From: Promethearchaeota archaeon
Lineage (GTDB): Archaea > Asgardarchaeota > Lokiarchaeia > Sigyniarchaeales > SOKP01
Assembly: GCA_048940445.1 (NCBI GenBank)
Contig: JBHLON010000055.1
Location: 1-15,636, forward strand
DNA: 15,636 nucleotides
Direction: 5' to 3'
The position numbers were made by a program, and so were the translations under genes. Each line of letters starts with the position of its first letter. Within the stretch, counting starts at the first letter, position 1. The notes under the pieces are model-generated. The model saw nothing but the letters and a program-made list of their open reading frames with translations, made no database searches and was not told the origin of the DNA. Positions 1-8,227 of this stretch are shown here, in pieces.

Positions 1-705
1 GGAAAGTTTAAGCAATTTGTACTTAATCTTATCATTTAAAGGTCTACCAACGATTAATAATTTAATATTGTTTACCAGCCTAAATTGGTTAAAAGCCGTT
101 ATTAATTCGTCAACTTCTTTATGTGGCCTTATACGACCAAAACATAAAAAAATTAGATCATTATCTCTTAAGTTTAGTTTTTTTCTAGCTTCCTTTTTAG
201 TTATTAGATTCTCATAATTATTTAGGTAGTGGCCATGAGGAATAACAATTATTTTTGATTTGGAGACATTAAATTCTCTTTTAATAATATTCATAGCTTT
301 ATCACAATGAGTTATTATAAAATTTACTTTTTTCGCAAAATATATTTTGGTTATTTTTTCGAAAAAAGGATGATAAGATTCATGACCATATAAGTTATGA
401 ACTGTCCAAATAGTTTTTACCTTTAATAAATATCGAATTAAACTAAAATCAACTAAAAATATTATCAGTTTAACACAAAATTTGAGTTTGTTTTTCAAAT
501 TAAAGCCAGTATGGTCATGGAGCCAATGGAAATGTAAAATTTTACAATTTGATAATAAAATATTTCTAAAAATAGGGAATAAGAAATAGAATTTCCTAAA
601 AAAAGTTAGTTGAATACCCTCAGATAATAAAGCATTATTTAGATTTGTAAAATAATAATCTTTCTGGATAATTTCCGATCTGGCATTAATCAATATCCTT
701 TTCAC
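1..705 (-). CDS. Glycosyltransferase family 4 (GT-B fold), 5' part; runs off the left edge
   Basis: Not in the ORF track; translated by hand. GTG at 705-703 follows an in-frame TAA and the frame stays open to position 1: MKRILINARSEIIQKDYYFTNLNNALLSEG...ILHFHWLH...IWTVHNLYGHE...IIVIPHGHY...EARKKLNL...IFLCFGRIRPHKEVDELITAF...LLIVGRP. The H-x-H-W, WTVHN, IPHG, FGRIRPxK and LLIVG motifs are typical of GT4. Confidence 0.9.
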   Translation of the reverse strand, partial: MKRILINARSEIIQKDYYFTNLNNALLSEGIQLTFFRKFYFLFPIFRNILLSNCKILHFHWLHDHTGFNLKNKLKFCVKLIIFLVDFSLIRYLLKVKTIWTVHNLYGHESYHPFFEKITKIYFAKKVNFIITHCDKAMNIIKREFNVSKSKIIVIPHGHYLNNYENLITKKEARKKLNLRDNDLIFLCFGRIRPHKEVDELITAFNQFRLVNNIKLLIVGRPLNDKIKYKLLKLS

Positions 706-751
706 TTAGTATCACTTTTTCTATAAAATATAAGTTTAAATTGGTTCATTT

Positions 752-1699
752 TCAAACAAGTCCTTGTTTTTTTAACTTATTTACTTTATTTCTAATTAAC
801 TCTTCCTCTAATAATTTATTTCTCATAGTTTTATCTTTTTCTTCTGGTTTAATTATCAGCCATGGAATATTTATTAGTGAAGGCATTCGTATACCTCTCC
901 TATGTCCATAAAAATTAAATGGGACTAAAGGATGCATCTTTTCTTTAAATGCTTCTCCGTGATCAGCAGAAACAACTGAAATTCCGGGAAGTAGATTTAT
1001 AAGGTTCTCAACATATGGTAAAGTTAAATTCAGATTTTTTTTATACATTCTGAGATGATTTTTATATTCTATCATTGCATAGATATCTGCAGAATATAAG
1101 GACCAAATGGATTTTTTAACATCTTTACTTAACTTATAATTTTCTCCGGTAAAATTAGGATCTCTAAATTTCTCCAGACTTTTATCAACTATATTAGAGT
1201 CTATATAGGGAAAATGAGGTTGCATAAAATGAATAATGTATTTTTTATCTGGATATCTCAAAAAGGTGTTTATTGTATAATTATACATGGTTTCAGGTAA
1301 AACAGTATGATATTCTTCACTCCAACCATCTTTCCACACTGAAACAATTTTAAAAAATTTATCTTTGAGATATCTATTCACATAGGGATTAGCAGTTAAA
1401 TATATTATATCTTCATAATAATCTTTAGTGAAATTTTCGAGTAAAAATGATATAGTGTGATCTCCTCTTGAAATTTTCTTAGTTAGCTGCCCATGCATTT
1501 TTCTTTTAATATATTGTTCTTCAAAAGTGTCGTATCTACATGCATCTAAAATGATTAAATTATCCCATGATTCATCAAAAATATAAAAACCATTATTCTT
1601 TCTATAGATAATAGCACATAATTTATATAAAAGAAAATCCCGAAGATCAATTGGGTTCTTTGCTTTTTTAAGAAGGTTTTTAATAATCTTTAAGTTCAA
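752..1699 (-). CDS. Alkaline-phosphatase/sulfatase superfamily protein (conserved archaeal glycan-locus hypothetical)
   Basis: AlkP-core metal-binding motifs: WDNLIILDACRYD, IHFMQPHFPY, SADHGE, YGH and a final IPW. The start is TTG and uncertain. Substrate unknown. Confidence 0.7.
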   Translation of the reverse strand: MNLKIIKNLLKKAKNPIDLRDFLLYKLCAIIYRKNNGFYIFDESWDNLIILDACRYDTFEEQYIKRKMHGQLTKKISRGDHTISFLLENFTKDYYEDIIYLTANPYVNRYLKDKFFKIVSVWKDGWSEEYHTVLPETMYNYTINTFLRYPDKKYIIHFMQPHFPYIDSNIVDKSLEKFRDPNFTGENYKLSKDVKKSIWSLYSADIYAMIEYKNHLRMYKKNLNLTLPYVENLINLLPGISVVSADHGEAFKEKMHPLVPFNFYGHRRGIRMPSLINIPWLIIKPEEKDKTMRNKLLEEELIRNKVNKLKKQGLV

Positions 1700-1765
1700 A
1701 TTTTTATTAGCCTTTATCTATTTTTTTTATGAATATTTAATAATTTAAACATGTAAATAAGATAT

Positions 1766-2389
1766 TTATTTAACTTCCTTTAACATCTGAATAATGATAT
1801 TTGGATCTGGGGCATTTAAAATTGTACTGGCACTTGTTAAGATATCTACCTTAGACATCTTCATTGCATTTTTAAGATTCACTCCCCCATCAACATCAAT
1901 TTTAAAATTAAAATCTTTTTTTAGAGCTGCTAATTGATTTATTTTATCAATAGTTTTAGGCAAAAATTTCTGACCAGAATATCCTGGATTAACTCCTAAG
2001 ATTAAGATTAGATCAATCAATGAAAGCAATTCAATAATCTCCGAAACTTTAGTTTTCGGATTAATAGCTAATCCTACTTTCTTTTTATTTTCTTTTAAGA
2101 TGTCAATAATTGGTTTTTTATCATTTTTAATTTCAAAATGAAAAAAAATACCTTCTACAAACTCCATTATCTCATGAATATAATCTAAAGGATTAAGAAC
2201 CATTAAGTGGACTAAGATAGGAACCTCAAAACTATCTTTAATGAGGGGTAAAACTTTTAAATTAAGATTTTGAGAAGCAACAAATTTACCATCCATAACA
2301 TCAACATGGATATAATCTAAATTATTTAAGCCTTCAATTAATTTGAGACTAAAGTCATCCTTTGCATGTATAGAAACTGCAACTTTCAT
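1766..2389 (-). CDS. rpe: Ribulose-phosphate 3-epimerase
   Basis: IHVDVMDGKFV, VHLMV, VNPGYSGQKF and VDGGVN motifs; 207 aa. Confidence 0.95.
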   Translation of the reverse strand: MKVAVSIHAKDDFSLKLIEGLNNLDYIHVDVMDGKFVASQNLNLKVLPLIKDSFEVPILVHLMVLNPLDYIHEIMEFVEGIFFHFEIKNDKKPIIDILKENKKKVGLAINPKTKVSEIIELLSLIDLILILGVNPGYSGQKFLPKTIDKINQLAALKKDFNFKIDVDGGVNLKNAMKMSKVDILTSASTILNAPDPNIIIQMLKEVK

Positions 2390-2410
2390 TTTTGAACTAC
2401 TACTAGTTAG

Positions 2411-3349
2411 TTAATGTTTAGAAGAGTCAATCAGTTCTAATAGATTTCTTTTGATATTTTTAACATTTAATCCAAGAGCATCTAATACTTCATTTCTAGA
2501 TCCAGAGGATCCATAAGATTCTTCAACTCCCACAAACCGTATGGGTATGGGATGAGCTTCTGAAAATATCCTAGCTAATATACTACCAAAACCACAATAG
2601 ATATTATGTTCTTCAATAATAATTATACCTTTAACCACAGCTATTTCTTTCAACAAATTGGTTTTATTTATTGGTTTTATCGATGGAAGATTAATCACTT
2701 TTATCGAACATTTAAACTCATTTTCGAGTTCAGAAACTGAGTTCATTCCTAAAATAGTCCCATACCCCGTTCCAATGATGCAATAATCATTACCATCTTT
2801 TAGCACATCTGGACTCCCTAAAACAAAATTATAGGATCGATCATGTATATTTGGAAAACTTCCTCTTGGTAACCTGATATAGAAAGGTCCTTGTCTGTTC
2901 AATGCTAAGTTTAATATCTGAATAAGTTCTATATTGTCACTTGGTACCAATACTGTTAAATTTGGAAGAGTTGCCATGATACTTAAATCTTCTAAAGCAT
3001 TATGGGTACTTCCATCCTTTCCAACTACTCCTCCATGAGTAGTAATAATCTTCACATCTAAATTGTCATGAGATGCTAATCGTATAAATTCCCATGCTCT
3101 TCCAGTAGTAAATATTGAGAATCCACTAACAATGGGAGTTTTCCCTGAAATTGCAAAACCAAGAGCCACCCCCACCATATTCTGTTCGGCAATACCCATG
3201 TTAAAAAATCTTTGGGGAAATTTTTCTGCAAATTTATAGGTTCTAGTAGAAGAGGATAGATCTGCATCTAAGACAACAATATTTTTATTTTGAGCTCCTA
3301 TGTCAATTAAAAATTCACCAAATGTATCTCTAAGGTTCTTTACTTCCAT
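2411..3349 (-). CDS. Transketolase, C-terminal (pyrimidine-binding and C-terminal domain) subunit
   Basis: LDADLSSST, RFFNMGIAEQNMV, DGSTH, GPFYIRLPR and EEHNIYCGFGS motifs. Overlaps the upstream N-terminal subunit gene by 20 bp. Confidence 0.93.
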   Translation of the reverse strand: MEVKNLRDTFGEFLIDIGAQNKNIVVLDADLSSSTRTYKFAEKFPQRFFNMGIAEQNMVGVALGFAISGKTPIVSGFSIFTTGRAWEFIRLASHDNLDVKIITTHGGVVGKDGSTHNALEDLSIMATLPNLTVLVPSDNIELIQILNLALNRQGPFYIRLPRGSFPNIHDRSYNFVLGSPDVLKDGNDYCIIGTGYGTILGMNSVSELENEFKCSIKVINLPSIKPINKTNLLKEIAVVKGIIIIEEHNIYCGFGSILARIFSEAHPIPIRFVGVEESYGSSGSRNEVLDALGLNVKNIKRNLLELIDSSKH

Positions 3350-4199
3350 TTACTCCTACCAAATTTTGTTTTATTTTTTCTAATTCTCTAATCGCTTTAT
3401 CAAATTCTTCTTTGCTGGGAGCTCTTCCATGAAATTTTTTAGTGTGTTCCATAAATGATACTTCAGAGCCCTTGATTAGATATGATATAATCACTTTAGG
3501 CTTTTTTATGACCTTCTTAGATTTTTCAAATCCTGATAAGATTTCATTAACATTAGAGCCATCCACCTCTATAACTTCCCATCCAAAAGACTTCCACTTT
3601 TCAGCTAAAGGCTCTAAAGCCATAATCTCTTCTGTAGAACCATCAATTTGTATTCCATTGCGATCTACTATCGTAATTAAATTATCTAATTTATAATGAC
3701 TTGCTGACATCGCAGCTTCCCATATTGCTCCTTCATTTAGCTCTCCATCTCCCAACAAAACAAAAATATTATTATCTTTCCGATCTAATTTAGCAGCCAA
3801 TGCACATCCCACCCCTATTGAAAGGCCCATTCCTAGAGATCCCGTTGAGATTTCTACACCTATACCTAGATTCTTTATAGGATGTCCTTGAATACTTGAT
3901 AAAAATTCTCTCAGAGTAAACAAATCTCCCCTCTTTATATAACCAATCTTAGATAAAACTGCATACAAAGCAGGAGCAGCATGACCCTTACTAAGAATAA
4001 AAATATCTCTATCCTCCCACCCAGGATTTTTTCGATCAATTTTCATGATCTTATCATATAATAAATATATAATATTTACACACGATAAAGAACCTCCAGG
4101 ATGTCCTGATTGTGCTTGGTATATCATTTTTAATATATCTTTTTTTAAATCTATAATCTCTAATAATAACTGCAATTCTTCATATTCTGAGACTTCCAC
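3330..4199 (-). CDS. Transketolase, N-terminal (ThDP-binding) subunit
   Basis: SGHPGGSLS, RDIFILSKGHAAPALY, QGHP, STGSLGMG, and the ThDP motif GDGELNEGAIWE...N. GTG start. Confidence 0.95.
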   Translation of the reverse strand: MEVSEYEELQLLLEIIDLKKDILKMIYQAQSGHPGGSLSCVNIIYLLYDKIMKIDRKNPGWEDRDIFILSKGHAAPALYAVLSKIGYIKRGDLFTLREFLSSIQGHPIKNLGIGVEISTGSLGMGLSIGVGCALAAKLDRKDNNIFVLLGDGELNEGAIWEAAMSASHYKLDNLITIVDRNGIQIDGSTEEIMALEPLAEKWKSFGWEVIEVDGSNVNEILSGFEKSKKVIKKPKVIISYLIKGSEVSFMEHTKKFHGRAPSKEEFDKAIRELEKIKQNLVGVNGSKEP

Positions 4200-4223
4200 T
4201 TAATTTTTCACAACCTATTTTAA

Positions 4224-5219
4224 TTATTCGTTAAAATTAGCAGAGACATAATTTTTTAGTGTTTCTGAATTAAAAAATTCAACCGGAGGCAATGTTGCGG
4301 AAAGAGCTCCAGCAGCCATTGCAATTTTCGCTCCATTTATAATCGGAATATTTGATGCATAACTTAATCCTAACACTGCCATGATAGAACTGCCAACAGC
4401 TACATAACTCCTAGCAGGTTGACTTAAAATTGGTTTGATTTTTTCTACTTTTTCTTGATCTTTAGAAAAAAGATAAGAATTTATTTCTAAATAATTTAAA
4501 AGAAGATTTCTACTTTTTGAGGAATTTAATATTCTTTTTCCAGCAATAATTATACTGGTCTCAGTACAACAATCTATCGAGAAATTACTTAATGCCTTTT
4601 GTAAATTTATTTTTATTAAATCAATATCTTCATAAAGATAATAATTAGATACATTTGGACGAGCAATAATAGGAATATCTTTATAATTTTTCCTTAACAT
4701 AGCTAATAATTCGGATATAAAATCATCCTTAAATAAATCTCCAGCTCCATAATCCAAAATAATGATGCAATCGATATTTTCAAAATTATCTTTTAATTTC
4801 CCTAGAAAATTATTAATCGTAGTTTTTGAGATTTCACTAGAGTAATCAGTTTCTAATCGCAGTAGATGTTGATTCATTGCTTTTATTCGGGTAATTTGAG
4901 GTGTACTAATATTTTCATCAATTATAATGTTTGATGTGTCAACGCTTAATGAGTCTAATTTTTTAAGAAAGAACTCCCCCTCATAATCATTTCCTACAAT
5001 TGTACTTATTGCAGGAATACCACCTAAGGACTTAATGAACTGTAATACTAAGCCAATTGCACCTAAATATGTGTCATGGCGCTCAATTTTTACATTAGGA
5101 ATGGGGGCATCAGGTGAAATTCGATCTGCTTGCCCAAAAATATAGCGATCTATTAGGGCTTCTCCAATTATTAGAACTTTTTTATTTTTCCATTTTGGAA
5201 TTAAATCTACTAAAGCCAT
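4224..5219 (-). CDS. HldE/RfaE domain-I (heptose-7-phosphate kinase, PfkB family)-like protein, probably catalytically inactive
   Basis: HldE-specific lid motif DRYIFGQADRISPDAPIP, plus NQHLLRLE and LDYGAG (equivalent to SDYAKG). The PfkB catalytic motifs are degenerate (see findings). ATG at 5219 preferred; alternative TTG at 5225. Confidence 0.8.
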   Translation of the reverse strand: MALVDLIPKWKNKKVLIIGEALIDRYIFGQADRISPDAPIPNVKIERHDTYLGAIGLVLQFIKSLGGIPAISTIVGNDYEGEFFLKKLDSLSVDTSNIIIDENISTPQITRIKAMNQHLLRLETDYSSEISKTTINNFLGKLKDNFENIDCIIILDYGAGDLFKDDFISELLAMLRKNYKDIPIIARPNVSNYYLYEDIDLIKINLQKALSNFSIDCCTETSIIIAGKRILNSSKSRNLLLNYLEINSYLFSKDQEKVEKIKPILSQPARSYVAVGSSIMAVLGLSYASNIPIINGAKIAMAAGALSATLPPVEFFNSETLKNYVSANFNE

Positions 5220-5231
5220 AGGCAATCTGTT

Positions 5232-5888
5232 TTATTTTTTTAATTTTGTTTGGAGCTTTTCCCAATCTTTAAGGAATGAGTCTAAGCCCTGATCTGTTCT
5301 TGGGTGTTTAAACATCTTTTCAAGCACATTAAATGGTATTGTAGCAATATGAGCCCCCATCTTTGCAGCCTCGATTACATGTCTAGAATTTCTCACCGAT
5401 GCGACAATTATTTCAGATTTAAAATCATAAGCTTGTATAATTTGCATAGATTCCCATAACATATCAATTTCATCTTGCCCATCATCCATCAATCTCCCGA
5501 TAAAGGGGCTGATATATGAAGCTCCCGCTTTGGCTGCAATTAGTACTTGGTTTTGAGAAAAAACTAATGTAACATTTGTTTTAATTCCCTCAGATTCAAG
5601 AATTTTAACAGCTTTAATCCCTTCCTTTGTCATTGGAATCTTAACAACAATATTAGAAGCTATTTTTGCTAATTCTCTAGCTTCTTTGACCATTTCTTCT
5701 GTTTTTAGACCTACAACTTCTGCACTGACCGGTCCATCCACAATTTCACAAATTTTTTTTAATTGTTCTATAGGTTCTGCACCCTCTCTTGATAATAATG
5801 TAGGATTAGTCGTTACTCCATCGATTATTCCTAAATCTTGCATTTCTTTTATTTGTTCTAAATTTGCAGTATCTATAAAGAATTTCAT
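5232..5888 (-). CDS. tal: Transaldolase (short TalC/FSA-like family)
   Basis: [16 protein letters not shown], Schiff-base Lys in VVKIP, NVTLVFS. Glu in SAEV and Phe in SPFIGR are the transaldolase-type residues; FSA has Gln and Tyr. Confidence 0.93.
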   Translation of the reverse strand: MKFFIDTANLEQIKEMQDLGIIDGVTTNPTLLSREGAEPIEQLKKICEIVDGPVSAEVVGLKTEEMVKEARELAKIASNIVVKIPMTKEGIKAVKILESEGIKTNVTLVFSQNQVLIAAKAGASYISPFIGRLMDDGQDEIDMLWESMQIIQAYDFKSEIIVASVRNSRHVIEAAKMGAHIATIPFNVLEKMFKHPRTDQGLDSFLKDWEKLQTKLKK

Positions 5889-5918
5889 TTTAAGGTCACA
5901 TCTATACTTATTATTAAT

Positions 5919-6482
5919 CTATAATTTTGAATCTAATTTTAAATTTTTAGCAAATTCTAATAAATTATCAAAAATAAAATCAGGTATCACTTCATCAATT
6001 TTAACTCTTTCTTTTTCTCCATATCCAGTTAAAACTAATACTGTTTGACATTTTGCTCCTAATCCTGTTTCAATATCATTTAACGTATCCCCTACCATAA
6101 ATGACTCCCTTAAATCAATATTATATTTGTCTTTTGCTTTTAAAATCATACCTGGGTTAGGTTTTCTGCAATTACATGGTCCTGTGAAATCAGGATGATG
6201 AGGACAATAAAAAATATCATCCAATGTTATATTATTTTCATTTAATATTCGATTCATCTTGTTATGAATTTCCTTAAGGGTTGCTTCTGAAAAATATCCC
6301 TTTGCTATTCCTGCTTGATTGGATATTATTATTAAAAGATACCCAAGACTTTTTAGAATTTTTAAAGCTTCGATTGATCCTTCAATAAATTGAAAATTCT
6401 CGGGATCGGATAGATGATTTACTTCTTCATTAATAACTCCGTCTCTATCCAAAAATATTGCTTTATTAATATTTATCATCAT
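5919..6482 (-). CDS. gmhB: D-glycero-D-manno-heptose 1,7-bisphosphate phosphatase (HAD family)
   Basis: FLDRDGVIN, SNQAGI, Zn site CPHH...CNCRKPNPGM, MVGD, LVLTGYG. Lies adjacent to gmhA. Confidence 0.92.
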   Translation of the reverse strand: MMININKAIFLDRDGVINEEVNHLSDPENFQFIEGSIEALKILKSLGYLLIIISNQAGIAKGYFSEATLKEIHNKMNRILNENNITLDDIFYCPHHPDFTGPCNCRKPNPGMILKAKDKYNIDLRESFMVGDTLNDIETGLGAKCQTVLVLTGYGEKERVKIDEVIPDFIFDNLLEFAKNLKLDSKL

Positions 6483-6485
6483 TAA

Positions 6486-7052
6486 TTAACTAAAAAGTTC
6501 CTTTTCAACTAAATAACAAATGATATGTCCAACAGTAATATGCCCCTCTTGAATTCTAGGAGTATCATTTGATGGTATCTTGAGACAATAATCTACAATC
6601 CCTTCCATTTTATTCTGTTTTTGTCCTGTAAAACCAATAGTAATTGCTCCTTTCTCCTTGGCCTTATTTAATCCTCTTATAACATTAGGAGAATTACCCG
6701 ATGTACTTATTCCAATTGTAATGTCTCCTTTTTCAACAAAAGAAGATACTTGTCTCTCGAATATAAATTCATATCCATAATCATTAGCAGTTGCAGTAAC
6801 TACAGATGTATTAGTGTGAAACGCTAAAGCTGGAAGTGATTGACGATCTTTGTAAAATTTTCCTACAAATTCAGCTGCGATATGTTGCGCATCTGCAGCA
6901 CTACCACCATTTCCAAAAAGTACCACCTTTTTCTTGTTGTTATAAGCTTCAATAATTTCTTTTGATATTTGCGCTATTAAAGGCACAAGCTTTTTAATTT
7001 CTTCCTTTATTTTAATACCTTCATTCAATATTGAAACAATTTCATCTTCCAT
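6486..7052 (-). CDS. gmhA: Sedoheptulose-7-phosphate (phosphoheptose) isomerase
   Basis: GNGGSAADAQHIAAE, TATANDYGY, GISTSGNS and TPRIQEGH motifs. Likely start is ATG 7052 (or 7061); the track's 7100 start overlaps hddA. Confidence 0.95.
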   Translation of the reverse strand: MEDEIVSILNEGIKIKEEIKKLVPLIAQISKEIIEAYNNKKKVVLFGNGGSAADAQHIAAEFVGKFYKDRQSLPALAFHTNTSVVTATANDYGYEFIFERQVSSFVEKGDITIGISTSGNSPNVIRGLNKAKEKGAITIGFTGQKQNKMEGIVDYCLKIPSNDTPRIQEGHITVGHIICYLVEKELFS

Positions 7053-7081
7053 AAATATCATTCTCATAAGAGTTTTAATCA

Positions 7082-8095
7082 TTAAATTTGTGATTTCCAC
7101 ACTTCTAATCCTTTAGGATTAAAATGAAAATTTACAATAACGCCCCCAATTTTTTTTAATTCATTTATCACATTAAATTTTTTATCTGGATCGGAAAAAA
7201 GGAGTAGGTGTCCTCCACCACCTGCTCCAAGCAATTTCCCACCTATAACACCAAACTTTCTCGAAGTTATATAGAAGTTTTCAACATTTTTGTTTGATAT
7301 TTTTGAACTCAGACTTTTTTTAGATAACCACCCTTTATGAATAAGTTCCCCAAATTCATTTAACTTATTGATGTCTTTAAACTCAAGTATCTTTTTCATT
7401 TCATACGCAACATCTTTTAAATCTTGCATTGTCTCAATAAAAGATTTTCTCTCTTCCTTATAGCCCTCCAATACTTCGTCTTGAATATCAGAAGAAAAAT
7501 GCGAACCTCCTACATAACATAAAATCAGTCGATATTGAAGTTCATTAAGCATCTCTGCGGTTGTAATTATTGGAAAAACCTTTACAGATTCTTTAAATTC
7601 CATGAAATTAAAGCCTCCATAAGCAGCAGCAAATTGGTCTTGATAACCACCCTTTTGTTGTAGTTCAATCCTTTCTACATCATAAGCTTTTTGGGCAATT
7701 TCATGTTTTGTTAAGTTTAATTGATAATATTCATTAAACGCCCCTATAAGAGCAACGACTAAGGTAGAAGATCCTCCCATACCTGAACCTGCTGGTAATT
7801 CTGACGATACATCAACATTAAATCCATCAGAGATATCCAATACATTAACTGTGCCCTTGAAAAGTTCATAACCATCAGAGTAATTATTATCTCCTACATC
7901 GAATAGAAATTCTTCATTAAGATCAGTTGACTTGACTTTTATCTTCTTATCATCCCTAGGCGCTATTGAAATATAGACATGACGATCAATTGCTGTGTTA
8001 ATTACACATCCTCCATGTTCAGTGCAATAGGGAGGTAAATCTGTACCACCACCTCCAAAACTTACTCTGAAAGGAGCTTTTGAACGTATTATCAT
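7082..8095 (-). CDS. hddA: D-glycero-alpha-D-manno-heptose 7-phosphate kinase (GHMP kinase)
   Basis: SKAPFRVSFGGGGTD, PAGSGMGGSS, GGYQDQFAAAYGGFN and GGKLLGAGGGG motifs. Context with gmhA and gmhB. Confidence 0.88.
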   Translation of the reverse strand: MIIRSKAPFRVSFGGGGTDLPPYCTEHGGCVINTAIDRHVYISIAPRDDKKIKVKSTDLNEEFLFDVGDNNYSDGYELFKGTVNVLDISDGFNVDVSSELPAGSGMGGSSTLVVALIGAFNEYYQLNLTKHEIAQKAYDVERIELQQKGGYQDQFAAAYGGFNFMEFKESVKVFPIITTAEMLNELQYRLILCYVGGSHFSSDIQDEVLEGYKEERKSFIETMQDLKDVAYEMKKILEFKDINKLNEFGELIHKGWLSKKSLSSKISNKNVENFYITSRKFGVIGGKLLGAGGGGHLLLFSDPDKKFNVINELKKIGGVIVNFHFNPKGLEVWKSQI

Positions 8096-8227
8096 AAATT
8101 ATAATAGATTTCTGATTTCAATTCGTTATTTTTACTTAGTTAAATAATAATAAATAAGATAATATTAAAACTGATTTAATTTTTAAATTAAAAGTATAAA
8201 TTACCAGAAATAAAATTCAGATAATTA

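Noticed and set aside
2411-4199. Frameshifted or broken transketolase, or DXS
   Set aside because: Two-subunit transketolases are normal in archaea and many bacteria. Both halves are complete and each has its own start codon.
4737-4751. YGAGD in the HldE-like protein as the PfkB catalytic GAGD motif
   Set aside because: It lies at aa 159-163, the position equivalent to SDYAKG. The true anion-hole position is about aa 273-280 and reads SYVAVGSS.
5232-5888. Fructose-6-phosphate aldolase (fsa)
   Set aside because: The diagnostic Glu and Phe residues and the transketolase context favour transaldolase.
7053-7100. N-terminal extension of GmhA
   Set aside because: It overlaps the hddA 3' end, and downstream ATGs give a normal-length GmhA.
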